DNA of 64,000 nt from an uncultured Deferribacteres bacterium (GTDB taxonomy: Bacteria; Zhuqueibacterota; Zhuqueibacteria; Zhuqueibacterales; Geothermadaptataceae), in assembly GCA_964014485.1 (NCBI GenBank), contig CAXHAT010000003.1, positions 1 through 64,000 on the forward strand, read 5' to 3'. The position numbers were made by a program, and so were the translations under genes. The notes under the pieces are model-generated. The model was not told the origin of the DNA, made no database searches, and saw only the letters and a list, made by a program, of their open reading frames with translations. Below are positions 31,165 through 41,130 of the stretch, piece by piece (position 1 is the stretch's first letter; each line of letters starts with the position of its first letter).

Positions 31165-31309
31165 CTATAATAAACTGGGTTCTGCTCTTCTTGCATGGAA
31201 TGATGGGTGTTTGGGTTTCCATGATTCCAAGAATCCATCACTCCAAAATCATGAACCCTCGATTTATCCGAGGCTGAGTCAAAAGCGAAACGCTTTTGAA
31301 ATATGCTCC

Positions 31310-33145
31310 TCAGTCCAGTCCCACCAAAGTCGGTGCGATTTTCTCGGTGGAACGGCGACGTGATTCTTCAATATTTTCCTGCACTTTGGCGGCGACGATG
31401 TAATCGCCCAGCACCAAAACGTCGAGGCGCGCTAATAAAAACGTATCGATCGCTTCTTCCGGCGTGCAAACGATGGGCTGACCCTTGACGTTAAACGAGG
31501 TGTTCAAAACCACGGGCATACCGGTGCGATCTTCGAAAGCGTCGATGAGCGTCCAGAATCGCGGGTTATGCTCGCGAGAAACCGTCTGCGGGCGCGCCGA
31601 ACCGTTGACGTGTGTGATCGCCGGTAACTGCTCCTGAAACTCCGGCCGCACCTGCGTCACGTAAAGCATGTGGGCAAACGTGTCTTCGTCGCCTGCGTCG
31701 ATATCAAAAATTTTCGCCGCGCCTTCTTTTTTGACCGCCGGAGCGAACGGGCGGAAACCTTCGCGCATTTTGATCAGCATGTTGACCTTGTTGCGCATCT
31801 CCGGGGCGCGCGGGTCGGCGAGAATACTGCGATTGCCAAGGGCGCGCGGCCCATACTCCATCCTTCCCTGGAACCAGGCGACGATCTTCCCTGCGTCAAG
31901 AAGGGCCGCGACGTCCCGGCAAAGTTCGGAGAAATTTTCGCGGCGGACGGTTTTGCAATCAGTTCGTTTATTGAGCGCGGCTTCGATGGCGGCGTTGTCA
32001 AACTCCGGCCCGTAGAGCGGCGCCGTCATCTTTTCCCGTTGAAATTGGGGGGTGAGTTGGCGTTGGGCGTAGAGCGCGGCGCCGAGTGCAGGGCCGTCAT
32101 CTCCGGCGGCAGGCTGCACAAACATATTTTTGAATAATCGGCTGCGACGGATGACGCCGTTGGCGGTGCAGTTGAGCGCCACGCCGCCCGCCATACAAAG
32201 ATTTGTCAAGCCCGTTTCCCGTTGAAAATGACGCAGCACATGCATCTGGCAGGTTTGCAGCATGGCTTGTACGCCGGCGGCAATGTCTTTGTGATATTGC
32301 GTCATCTCGGAACCGGGTTCGCGCGCCGGGCCGAAAGTTTCTTCCAATTCTTTGAGAACGCCGCGATGCGTTTCCTTTTCGAGCTGCGTTTTATTCTCGG
32401 CGAACAGCGGAATGGCGTACGTCCCGTCCGGTTTGAGATCGACGAAATCCATAATTTTGGTGTAGAACCGACGCGGATTGCCGTAGGGCGCCAGTCCCAT
32501 GACTTTGTACTCGTCCAGCCCGAAAAAGAAGCCGAGATAGAGCGTGAACACGCCGTAAAGAATCCCCAGCGAATGCGACGCGGAAACCTGTTTGAGCACT
32601 TCAATGTCTTTGCCGCGCCCGACGGCGACCGTAATGCTGTGAATCTCGCCCATACCGTCGCTGATCAAAATGAGCGCTTCGTTGTAGCCGCTGGGGTAGA
32701 ATGCGCTGGCGGCGTGCGCCAAATGGTGGGTTACTGGATAAAATTTCGCGTCCGCGTCGAATTCCGGATAAAATTCGCGGATTACTTCGCGCTGAACTTC
32801 CGGGGCATAGACTTCTTTATAAAGCGTCTTTAAATGATCGTCGCCTTCGAAATATTCTTTGACCGGCTCATAATTAAAGCCGTGCGCAATGTAATCGATA
32901 TTTTCAAGTTTGAGATTTCCGGCGGAGAGACAATAATTTATAGCGTACCGCGGAAACGCCCCCGTGGTTTTAACGCGCGAAAAACGCTCTTCCGAAGCCG
33001 CCGCGACGACGCCGTTTTCGTTGACCAGCGCCGCCGCCGAATCAAACCCCTGCGCGATGCGGTATTCTCGTCGACTTAATCCCGGAAAATGTTTTTTCTT
33101 AAACGCGACGCTGCGATGCAAACCGCTGATGCCGATGATGTTCAT
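31310..33145 (-). CDS. Carbamoyltransferase (NodU/CmcH family)
   Basis: 'DSAAAL..EERFSR.K', HHLAHAASAF, DGMGE, EYKVMGLAPYG, GGVALN, EYGPRALGNRS, FRPFAP, NTSFN. Confidence 0.95.
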   Translation of the reverse strand: MNIIGISGLHRSVAFKKKHFPGLSRREYRIAQGFDSAAALVNENGVVAAASEERFSRVKTTGAFPRYAINYCLSAGNLKLENIDYIAHGFNYEPVKEYFEGDDHLKTLYKEVYAPEVQREVIREFYPEFDADAKFYPVTHHLAHAASAFYPSGYNEALILISDGMGEIHSITVAVGRGKDIEVLKQVSASHSLGILYGVFTLYLGFFFGLDEYKVMGLAPYGNPRRFYTKIMDFVDLKPDGTYAIPLFAENKTQLEKETHRGVLKELEETFGPAREPGSEMTQYHKDIAAGVQAMLQTCQMHVLRHFQRETGLTNLCMAGGVALNCTANGVIRRSRLFKNMFVQPAAGDDGPALGAALYAQRQLTPQFQREKMTAPLYGPEFDNAAIEAALNKRTDCKTVRRENFSELCRDVAALLDAGKIVAWFQGRMEYGPRALGNRSILADPRAPEMRNKVNMLIKMREGFRPFAPAVKKEGAAKIFDIDAGDEDTFAHMLYVTQVRPEFQEQLPAITHVNGSARPQTVSREHNPRFWTLIDAFEDRTGMPVVLNTSFNVKGQPIVCTPEEAIDTFLLARLDVLVLGDYIVAAKVQENIEESRRRSTEKIAPTLVGLD

Positions 33146-33837
33146 GTTGTGCGCCCTCTGTCTGCGGTCAATTTTAGCGAATATTTGAAATACGCTTACG
33201 CAATGGACGTGCCAGTCCGGCGCATTGATTTTTTAGCAAAGGCAAGACTTTGTAAGTCATTGTTTTCATGCACTCTGCGCGACTAGTGGCTGTACGGGCC
33301 GGAAGCAACGGAAGCGCCGAATCCTTTTTCCGTAACATTCCATTACAGCAGGATTGGAATAAACCATTACAAGTCTCGAAGTGAATGCTTTTTTGTTCTG
33401 TTTCGGCTTTTAAGAATGGAGGTTGAGCTGTGGTCTAAAACCGGTTGAACTTAGCGAGCAAAATGCACAGAGTATTATAGGCACAGTTTCGACTGTGTAT
33501 AAAAGATATGAAAAGCAGGGGCGGGTGACTTTAATATCATCGGAAAACGTCATGAAAACAGGACTAACAAACAGTTTCAGTAATGCGCCGCTCAAAAAAA
33601 ATGTGACCCTGCACGTTTCCAACTATTTTGCCAAAAATCGAAATGGGTTGAATCCCCATAATAACGCTCCGGGAAAAAGCGGCTTCGTTCAACTCTCCCG
33701 ACGCATTCGGGGCGCTATTGCGCTCCCGGTAACAACATTCAGTGGAAAAACAACTTTCGGGGAAATCGGAACATCTCGCAGAAAAATTACGGCGCAACGG
33801 CGGATATATTCCTTAACGTTATACTCAAAAAATTATC

Positions 33838-35055
33838 ATGCCAAATCACGATCATTTAAAGATTTTGAAACAAGGTGTCGATGTTTGGAACCAATGGTGG
33901 AGTGATCGCTGGGCCACATTTCCCAAAGAAGATGGACGGGTTTCTAGTAAGTACATAGATTTTGACTTATCTGAAACAGATCTGTCGAATATGGACTTCG
34001 AAAATATAAATTTGAGATTTACCAATTTATCTAACTCAGATTTGAGCGATTCTGATCTTAGCTATGCGGATATTTTTTCAGCCAAATTGTCAAAAGCAAA
34101 TTTGACCCGAGCAACGCTTGTAAATTCTAATCTACGCGGATCGGATCTTAGCTATGCGAATCTAAGTTATGCTCATTTGGGTGGTGCTGACTTAGGTGGA
34201 GCAAATTTGTATATGACGGATTTATCGAATGCTCGGCTGCACAGTACCGGTTTCTGGGACGCTGATTTAACTGAAGCGAATTTTGAACACGCAATCCTGA
34301 ATTATACCAAATTCAATTATGCGAAGTTATTTCGATGCAGAAACTTAGAATCTTGTGTCCACTTGACTCCAAGTGGTATTGATCATCAAACTCTTATCAG
34401 TTCTGGTCCTCTGCCCGAAGTTTTCCTTAAAGGCTGTGGTTTGCCCCAACATTTTCTCGAGTATGTTCCTTCCCTATTTTGGGCACCCAATCCAATTGAG
34501 TTTTATTCCTGTTTCATTTCATACAACCATAGAGACAGATCCTTTGCACGTCGCCTTCATGACCAACTTCAAGCACGCGGGATACGCTGCTGGCTCGATG
34601 AGAAGAAAATGTTACCCGGAGATGATATTTACACAAAAATAGACCAAGGAATCAAACAGTATGATAAACTTCTTCTGTGTTGTTCAAAGCATTCCCTCGC
34701 CAGTTGGTGGGTTGACAATGAAATTGACACGGCTTTTGAAAAAGAACGGCAATTAATGCGAGAGCGTAAAGAGAAAATCCTATCCCTGATTCCGCTAAAT
34801 CTCGACGGTTTTTTATTTAGTAGCTGGAACTCAGGAAAAAAGCAGCAAATTCAATCCCGAGTTATCGCAGACTTTGTTGGTTGGGAATCAAATAATGCAA
34901 AATTTGATAGACAATTTGAGAAAGTTGTTAAATCTCTACGATTAGACGGTACCTACAAACGACAGGACTCAATAGTAGAACGAAGTAGCGAACAAGATGA
35001 GCGACTATGGTGGGGTTCCGCTCCTTTAGAGCCTAAGAGAACTTTCAAAAAGTGA
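33838..35055 (+). CDS. Pentapeptide-repeat protein with C-terminal TIR domain
   Basis: A(D/N)Lxx repeats; '[15 protein letters not shown]...L...GIRCWLD...S.WVDNE' with catalytic-position Glu; AT-rich. Confidence 0.9.
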   Translation: MPNHDHLKILKQGVDVWNQWWSDRWATFPKEDGRVSSKYIDFDLSETDLSNMDFENINLRFTNLSNSDLSDSDLSYADIFSAKLSKANLTRATLVNSNLRGSDLSYANLSYAHLGGADLGGANLYMTDLSNARLHSTGFWDADLTEANFEHAILNYTKFNYAKLFRCRNLESCVHLTPSGIDHQTLISSGPLPEVFLKGCGLPQHFLEYVPSLFWAPNPIEFYSCFISYNHRDRSFARRLHDQLQARGIRCWLDEKKMLPGDDIYTKIDQGIKQYDKLLLCCSKHSLASWWVDNEIDTAFEKERQLMRERKEKILSLIPLNLDGFLFSSWNSGKKQQIQSRVIADFVGWESNNAKFDRQFEKVVKSLRLDGTYKRQDSIVERSSEQDERLWWGSAPLEPKRTFKK

Positions 35056-35197
35056 CAATGTGGTGAATCTAATATTGCGTTGCCTGCGAAGTTTGACAAG
35101 AAAATTCTCTTGTGGGTTTCGTTACGGACTTTTTAATGATGGATTCTGACTATTGAAGTTTTGTGGTCAAGAAAAGCGAACGGATTGAATTCACGAA

Positions 35198-35331
35198 GTA
35201 TAACAATCGGGTCTACCAGACACCAAAAAGCTGGGCGCGGATTTCTAGTTTTGGGGTATTGAAAAGCGCGTGCAGGGTAGTCAAATTATATCGCTTTGAG
35301 GTTCCGGCACCCATTACCCAAACCGTTATGC
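35198..35331. other. attC-like integron cassette recombination site
   Basis: GTATAAC-AATCG-GGTCTACC ... ATTACC-CAAACC-GTTATGC, 134 bp; brnA stop codon lies in the GTTATGC box. Confidence 0.6.
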
Positions 35332-35553
35332 AGTATGTGAAGCCCAGTCCATTTTCAGTTTTCGATTGGATACGACACAATCCCGTAAGTAAAGGTTTAT
35401 CAAGCTTTGATAAGGGATTCCGGTTTCTTCTGACATTTGTTTGAAATATTCAATGACGTCTTCTCCCATTCGTAATGTGACTTGTTTTTTTAATTTTTTA
35501 GCGTATGGGTTTGGGCGGGATTTCATTTTTGAAAGGTCGTATTCTTCTTGCAT
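35326..35553 (-). CDS. brnA: BrnA-family antitoxin
   Basis: 'MQEEYDLS.MK...NPY...KKQVTLR...VIEYFK......GIPYQSLIN.YL'. Confidence 0.85.
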   Translation of the reverse strand: MQEEYDLSKMKSRPNPYAKKLKKQVTLRMGEDVIEYFKQMSEETGIPYQSLINLYLRDCVVSNRKLKMDWASHTA

Positions 35554-35557
35554 AAGT

Positions 35558-35841
35558 TCACCTTTTATAGTGTTTTGATTCATTCTTCGTCGCCTTCCGT
35601 GCAGATATGATTCTGATTTCGGATTCACTTTTTCGATAACAATGGCACACCATCAGCAGATTTAATTTTGAACTCAATCCAAGCAATAGAAATCGATCTT
35701 CCCATTCAGAATGTTCATCGTCATAGAATTCAACGGCAAATTCATCGTGGAACACGGTCTGCGCTTCTTGAAGGTGACGCCGTGTTTTCTAATATTCTCG
35801 CCTGCTTTACGGCGATCCCAATTGAAATACAAGTTTCTCAT
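35558..35841 (-). pseudogene. brnT: BrnT-family toxin with a 1-nt frameshift near 35770
   Basis: Frame 1 reads MRNLYFNWDRRK..NIRKHGVTF; the protein continues in another frame as EAQTVFHD...HSEWEDR...RIISARKAT. Confidence 0.8.
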
Positions 35842-35948
35842 GTTTACAACGTAAATACAAAGAATTTATTTTGCAAGTTACTTGTTTTGGGCAAGTCGAA
35901 GTCATAAAATTCAATCGCCATGATAACAAACCAAGTAAGAGGCGCTCA

Positions 35949-36392
35949 ATGAAATCTGAAATGACTCCAAACCCGAAAGAAAGACCGGCTCACCTGACAC
36001 TCGAAAAGCACATGAAGGCCAACGCCGCCGATCTCTACAAGGCCTGGACGGAACATTTTGATCTCTGGTTTGCTCAGCCGGGCGAGCTCATTATGGCTCC
36101 CGAAATCGACAAACCTTTCTTTTTTTACAACCGCCACGATTGGGGACGGCACGCCCACTACGGAAGGTTTCTTGCGTTAGAACAGGACCGGCGCATTGAA
36201 ATGACCTGGCTGACCGGCAAAGGCGGCACGTTTGGCGCCGAAACCGTTATTAGCATTGAACTCATTCCTCAAGACCAGGGCACACTGTTCCACATGACGC
36301 ATACGGGATTCGAGGACGAGAAAGCGGCGAAGGCGCACAAAGACAATTGGCCGCTCGCCCTCGACGAGCTCGATCAAAAGCTCACTGCCTAG
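35949..36392 (+). CDS. SRPBCC/AHSA1-domain protein
   Basis: 'LYKAWT...WF...G.F....RIEMTW...T...HTGF....H..NW..ALDEL'. Confidence 0.85.
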   Translation: MKSEMTPNPKERPAHLTLEKHMKANAADLYKAWTEHFDLWFAQPGELIMAPEIDKPFFFYNRHDWGRHAHYGRFLALEQDRRIEMTWLTGKGGTFGAETVISIELIPQDQGTLFHMTHTGFEDEKAAKAHKDNWPLALDELDQKLTA

Positions 36393-36511
36393 CGTCCATC
36401 CTGAAACAGCGCGTCCTTCTTGTCATTCGTGAGTAATTTATTTATTCAAACGCTCGCGATGACATAGATTCTACCTGAAAGTCAGACCATACTCACAAGG
36501 AAAATTTCATT

Positions 36512-37156
36512 ATGGCTCTCTCTACTTCCGCTGAAAACATTTTATCCCAACTCAACACGGAAAACACCAAACTTGGCGATATCAAGAAAATCGCCAGGGA
36601 AATAAAGAAAGACCACGATTTAGCCATGCAATTGTGGTCTAACGGAAATCTCTATCCGCGGTTGTTGGCGGTCCTGATTATGGACAAGAAATTACTCACG
36701 CAAGACGTCATAGATCGCTTGACTGAAGATTTGCAAATTCATGAGATGCAAGAGCGACTGCAAATTATCGACTGGCTGCTTGCAAACCAGCTAACAAAGA
36801 ACAAGAAAACGGTTGCCCTTCTGGATAGCTGGGAAAAAGCGCCGTCACCACTTCTGCGCCGTTTGTTTTGGTATTATCAAGCCCGTTTGCGCTGGACTGG
36901 CCAAACGCCGCCGGCCAACACAATTGATCTGTTAAATGCGCTGGAAACAGACATGGTCAACGCCGAACCTGAGGTGCAGTGGGCAATGAATTTTACTGCC
37001 GCGCAGATTGGGATTTTTCAATCAGAACATCGAGCGCGATGTATTGCGTTAGGAGAAAGACTTGGCCTGTACAAGGACGATCCCGTTCCCCGAGGCTGCA
37101 CGCCTGATTACCTGCCGGAATTCATTCGCGTTCAGGCGGCTAAACTGAAGTCTTAA
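36512..37156 (+). CDS. DNA alkylation repair (AlkD-like HEAT-repeat) protein
   Basis: 'KLGDIKKIA.EIKKDH.LA..LW', 'VQWAMN', 'GCTPDY.P.FI'. Confidence 0.75.
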   Translation: MALSTSAENILSQLNTENTKLGDIKKIAREIKKDHDLAMQLWSNGNLYPRLLAVLIMDKKLLTQDVIDRLTEDLQIHEMQERLQIIDWLLANQLTKNKKTVALLDSWEKAPSPLLRRLFWYYQARLRWTGQTPPANTIDLLNALETDMVNAEPEVQWAMNFTAAQIGIFQSEHRARCIALGERLGLYKDDPVPRGCTPDYLPEFIRVQAAKLKS

Positions 37157-37209
37157 CGAGTTTTCACTTGATTTACTACCGTCAACCTAATTTCGGGACG
37201 CCGAAAAAT

Positions 37210-37565
37210 CTCGTTCCCAATCTCAGGATTGGGAGCGCGATTGCACTCGAAACTCCAGTTTCGAGTGAATTCTTTGGCCCGAAACCGGAGTTTCGAGCCC
37301 GCTTCCGTTCCCAAATCTCGCTACCTGACGCTTTTTGTTCAAGCCTCTAAGACTGCTAAAAAGGGCCGGGATTGTCATGCTGGGAGAATCTATTTTGATC
37401 CAACCCTTGAACTTTTGAGCGTAATCGGCACTGGACGATAACAAAGATTTTGCTTCGCCGGCCTTTGGCTTTTCAGAATGACAAGACGGGGGCTTTCGGC
37501 GGCTCGAAAATGCAGTTTACAAAAAGTGTCAGGTAGAAAGTCCCAAACTGGAGTTTGGGAACGAG
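37210..37565. mobile_element. CTCGTTCCCAA...GGGAACGAG palindromic element interrupted by a nested MITE (37317-37540)
   Basis: Inner TIR CTACCTGAC(G/A)CTTTTTGT; flanks TCCCAAAT/TCCCAAAC. Confidence 0.65.
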
Positions 37566-37583
37566 CCGTAACTTTTATTATAC

Positions 37584-37655
37584 GAAGGGTTCAAAATCTT
37601 GAACCCCTACGACATGCTGTGTGTCGTTCTGAACGTTTTGTTTTTTGAGACAGCC
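37584..37655. repeat. GTAG-type palindromic repeat, copy 2
   Basis: Aligns by eye with 6802-6872. Confidence 0.7.
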
Positions 37656-38026
37656 CGCTTCCTTTGCTTTTCTACGAAGCACCGTTCTGGGGACATTCCA
37701 TTTTTGTAAGCCTTGCCCTGCGCCGGATTTCAGAATTGAGGCGCAAATGCGGAAAAACCCGCGAAATTTTTTTCAGAATTTTCGAATGCGGTGACTTTTG
37801 AAGTATGAGAATAGGCTCGAATGCGCAGTTTTTCATCGCCTTACTCTCTGTAAAAACAATATCTTATTTACATCTTCTCCACGGGCGTGATATCCTGACA
37901 AATCCGCAACTTTTGCTGAGATTCTCGTTTTTGGCGTCGAGGTTGCGAAAAGGCGGGCTGATCGGATGAGCGATCGTAAGTCGTGGGAATGACATCAAGG
38001 ACGAGCATCGAGGCGGCAAAGACGGT

Positions 38027-39757
38027 ATGGGAAAAGCATCAGGGAAGAACGCGCCGAAGCGCATTTTTTATATCATTTCATTTTTTGTTTTTGGCTTTTT
38101 GGCTCCGAGAAACAGCCAGGCGCAAGGGTATTATTTTTGGAACCCCGCGAATAAAAACTTGCCTTACGTTTCCGAAATCAATCCGGCCATTATCACCAAA
38201 CAGTTCACGCAAATCGCCGCCGGGGTGCGGCTTTACCATGTCGGTTTTCTCAGCGAAAATTCCTTCGCGATGAAAGAGAGCCGGGTCAATCTCAGCTTCC
38301 CGTTTCTTTTGCCCACGAGCTTGGGCATGGGTTTCGACATGCGTTATTTTGATTCCGGGCTGTTTTCTGAACTCAACGCAGCCTTCATGCTTAGTCGCGA
38401 AATTGCGCCAAAACTTTCTCTCGGCGTCAAACTGGGCTTCGAGCAGCGCGGTTTTAACACAGGCGAGTTTGTCGGTTTCGATCTCAACGATCCGCTGATC
38501 GCCAACGGAACGTCTTTTTTACGCCTCAATGCCGGAGCAGGGATGTACTGGTCGCCGGGAAATGTGGAACTCGGCGTCGGCGTCGATCACCTGAACGCCG
38601 CGAACGTCAACATTCTCGGCGCGACAACGGCAAATCTTCCGCGCGAGATTACCGGCGCGTTAGGTTATCGTCTCGGCGCTTTTACGCCGACGCTTTTGGT
38701 GCATCACGACGGCGTGCAGAGCCGGATCGGTTTCTCCATCACCGCCGCCAAAAACAAGCTCGGATCGATTCGATTGGGCTACGAAGAAAATTTGCCCATA
38801 CGTGTTGAAGCGACGTTCAACTTCACCCGAAACGACCGCTTGCAATACGGCGTGGACGTGCCGCACGGCGGAACGCGCGGTTTGACCGCCGGAACGCAGG
38901 CGCTGGATTACATCCACATTCTCGGACGCGCGCCGGAGTTGGGACAGCCGGAAATTTTATTCTCGACCAACGAAACCAAGGTCATCGAAAAGAAAATCAT
39001 TCGCAGCGTCGAAAGCGGGTTGAGCGTAAAAAACATCGCTGAATTCGATGAAGTGCTGCCCGCCTACGTTTCCACCGCGCGTCATCGCGACCCATTGCTG
39101 ATCATCGTCGCGGGCGCTTTGAGTGCGTACGAAACTGACGCTATTCGCGCACGGCGTTACCGCGATTTGCACGCGCAAGTCTCGTCGCTTTTGCAGCAAA
39201 ATCCGGGGATAAAGGTCGTGGTTCGAACGACGAGGGAAAACGTCGCCGACGCCAAGGCGATTGCCGCTTACATGGTAAGGCAGGCCCGCGTCGATCCGAG
39301 TCAGATCAAAATCGCCGGCATGGGCGCCGCAGCAGGCAAAAATTTGCGCGGATTTGCGCCCGGCAGAACGACGGTTCAGCGGCTTAAACCGGCGCTTTCG
39401 GAAGCAAGCGTCGTAATCAATCTGCGGGTCCCGGGAAAAACGCGCAAGACCAAAGGCTGGACGCTGCGCATCGCGAACGCAGACGGCGAAACGGTGAAAA
39501 CATTCTCCGGCGGCGGCAACTTGCCCGCAACGCTGAATTGGGACTGGCGCAACGACGGCGGCGCTTTGGTCGCGCCTGGAAAGTATGCAGTGACGCTTGA
39601 AGCAAAAACGATTTACGACAATAAAAGAACGGCGGAAGCAACGCCGCTGGGCGTGATTCTGGTAAAGCGGACGGTCAATCTCAAATTCCACAAAAACAAA
39701 GCGACGACGCAGACAACGCCGATTGAAACGGCCAGACGCGGCGAAGGGGTCGAATAG
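38027..39757 (+). CDS. PorP/SprF-like outer membrane barrel with C-terminal OmpA-like and FlgD-Ig-like extensions
   Basis: Signal peptide; 'NPA', amphipathic strands, 'DPL', 'NAGAG.YW', 'GV.VDHLN'; C-terminal 'WTLRI...VKTF.G...WDWRND.G..V.PGKY'. Confidence 0.65.
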   Translation: MGKASGKNAPKRIFYIISFFVFGFLAPRNSQAQGYYFWNPANKNLPYVSEINPAIITKQFTQIAAGVRLYHVGFLSENSFAMKESRVNLSFPFLLPTSLGMGFDMRYFDSGLFSELNAAFMLSREIAPKLSLGVKLGFEQRGFNTGEFVGFDLNDPLIANGTSFLRLNAGAGMYWSPGNVELGVGVDHLNAANVNILGATTANLPREITGALGYRLGAFTPTLLVHHDGVQSRIGFSITAAKNKLGSIRLGYEENLPIRVEATFNFTRNDRLQYGVDVPHGGTRGLTAGTQALDYIHILGRAPELGQPEILFSTNETKVIEKKIIRSVESGLSVKNIAEFDEVLPAYVSTARHRDPLLIIVAGALSAYETDAIRARRYRDLHAQVSSLLQQNPGIKVVVRTTRENVADAKAIAAYMVRQARVDPSQIKIAGMGAAAGKNLRGFAPGRTTVQRLKPALSEASVVINLRVPGKTRKTKGWTLRIANADGETVKTFSGGGNLPATLNWDWRNDGGALVAPGKYAVTLEAKTIYDNKRTAEATPLGVILVKRTVNLKFHKNKATTQTTPIETARRGEGVE

Positions 39758-39787
39758 ATTAAAAATCAAGTGCCCCAAATTTTCAAC

Positions 39788-39858
39788 GTCATTCCCGCGC
39801 AGGCGGGAATCCAGCAAAGCGTGCAAAATCGATAGATTCCCGCCTGCGCGGGAATGAC
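39788..39858. repeat. GTCATTCCCGC palindromic doublet, intergenic
   Basis: Inverted pair matching the in-frame copies. Confidence 0.9.
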
Positions 39859-39928
39859 AGATAATTTAACGAAAACAAGACCAAGTTACACTACAATTCA
39901 CATTCATATCGGAGTAAGGAGTCACATT

Positions 39929-40957
39929 GTGAAAGGATTTCTCAATATGTTTGACGATCCGTGGAGAGTTCGGAGATTCTGGGGCGTATTTTTGGCGGCG
40001 GCGCTGTTTTGCACGCTGACTTTTGTCAACGAGGGTTTTAGTCAGAAGAGAAGCGCCAAAGCGCAGACGGAGCAAGTCGCGAAAAACGGCAATGCGCAAG
40101 AGGCCGAAGGTACGGAGCTGACCGCTTGGAATATCATCGAAATGACCTCTTGGCTGTTCTGGCCTTTCGTCGTACTGACCGGCGCGGGAATTATGCTGAT
40201 TTCGTTTAAGAGCTTGCAAGAATATCAGCAGAAAGCGCGGGCGCAATCGCTGTTGCAAGGCAAAATCACCGTCAACGATTTGAAAGGGCTCGTGCGACAG
40301 GTTCAGGAATCAAAGCCAAACCGTGCGTCGCAATTGCTCTACGCCATGATTGCGACGTTTAACAAAACCAACAACGCCGAGCCGATTGGCGACGACGCCG
40401 AGGCGTATTTGAACACGGAACGCGAGCGCTACGAGACTTTCAATCGCGTCATGGGCTTTCTTTCCGACAGCGCGGGCGCGCTCGGGCTTCTCGGCACGGT
40501 CTGGGGAATTTTCGAAACCTTTCACGGCGGAAAATTGGACGGCCCGACAATTTTGCAAGGGATGAGCGTTTCGTTGGTGACAACGCTGGTCGGCTTGATT
40601 ATTTCATTGGCGCTCAACGCCGGAACGACGGCGGTCTTCGCGCTTTTTAACGGCCAAATTAGCTTGCTCTCAACACGTGCGGAAGAACTGCGACAGGCAT
40701 TGATGCAGCTCAAAAGCAACGGCAGCCAACAACCATCGCAGGCGCAATCTCAACCGCGTTCACGCGCCAAATCGTCGCCGAATGCATCGAACATGTCATC
40801 GGAAGAATATGCGCGACGCATGAGCGCCATGAGAGAAGGCGCTTTCAGACCTTCGGAAACAGCTCGGCGTAGAGCCTCCGAGATGGAAGAAACGATTGAG
40901 TCCGGCCGCCCTGCGTTTGAGCCCGAAACCAACGGCAGCAGTAACGGCTGGCTTTGA
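39929..40957 (+). CDS. MotA/TolQ/ExbB proton channel protein
   Basis: 'LGLLGTVWGI..TF...GMSVSLVTTLVGL'; AGGAG before GTG39929. Confidence 0.88.
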   Translation: MKGFLNMFDDPWRVRRFWGVFLAAALFCTLTFVNEGFSQKRSAKAQTEQVAKNGNAQEAEGTELTAWNIIEMTSWLFWPFVVLTGAGIMLISFKSLQEYQQKARAQSLLQGKITVNDLKGLVRQVQESKPNRASQLLYAMIATFNKTNNAEPIGDDAEAYLNTERERYETFNRVMGFLSDSAGALGLLGTVWGIFETFHGGKLDGPTILQGMSVSLVTTLVGLIISLALNAGTTAVFALFNGQISLLSTRAEELRQALMQLKSNGSQQPSQAQSQPRSRAKSSPNASNMSSEEYARRMSAMREGAFRPSETARRRASEMEETIESGRPAFEPETNGSSNGWL

Positions 40958-41130
40958 TTTGAGGCTGTTGGCGGTTGGCTTTTAGCTGTTGGCAAAATCC
41001 TCCCGGAGTGTCATTCAGGAGGAATCTATTTAGAACACGGGCGAAGAAGGCGGCCTTTTCGTTGGATTCTTGGCGAGAAAAGTACGCTCATAATAAAATT
41101 TTCTCTTTTGCACATTGATGCGAGTTAAAA

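Noticed and set aside
30995..31241. Small ORFs between the carbamoyltransferase and NRPS as MbtH or precursor peptides
   Set aside because: They are translations of MITE/palindrome sequence and lack the MbtH Trp pattern
33423..33905. 160-aa ORF upstream of the TIR gene
   Set aside because: No recognisable motif, overlaps the TIR start; probably promoter region
35163..35444. 93-aa plus-strand ORF
   Set aside because: Spans the attC-like site and is antisense to brnA; probably spurious
33838..37156. Pentapeptide and AlkD-like genes as self-resistance for the biosynthetic cluster
   Set aside because: The pentapeptide protein is TIR-fused, AT-rich and in a cassette-like context; proximity is the only link
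39854..39928. Longer ExbB N-terminus from ATG39854
   Set aside because: That ATG comes from the palindromic repeat; a better RBS precedes GTG39929
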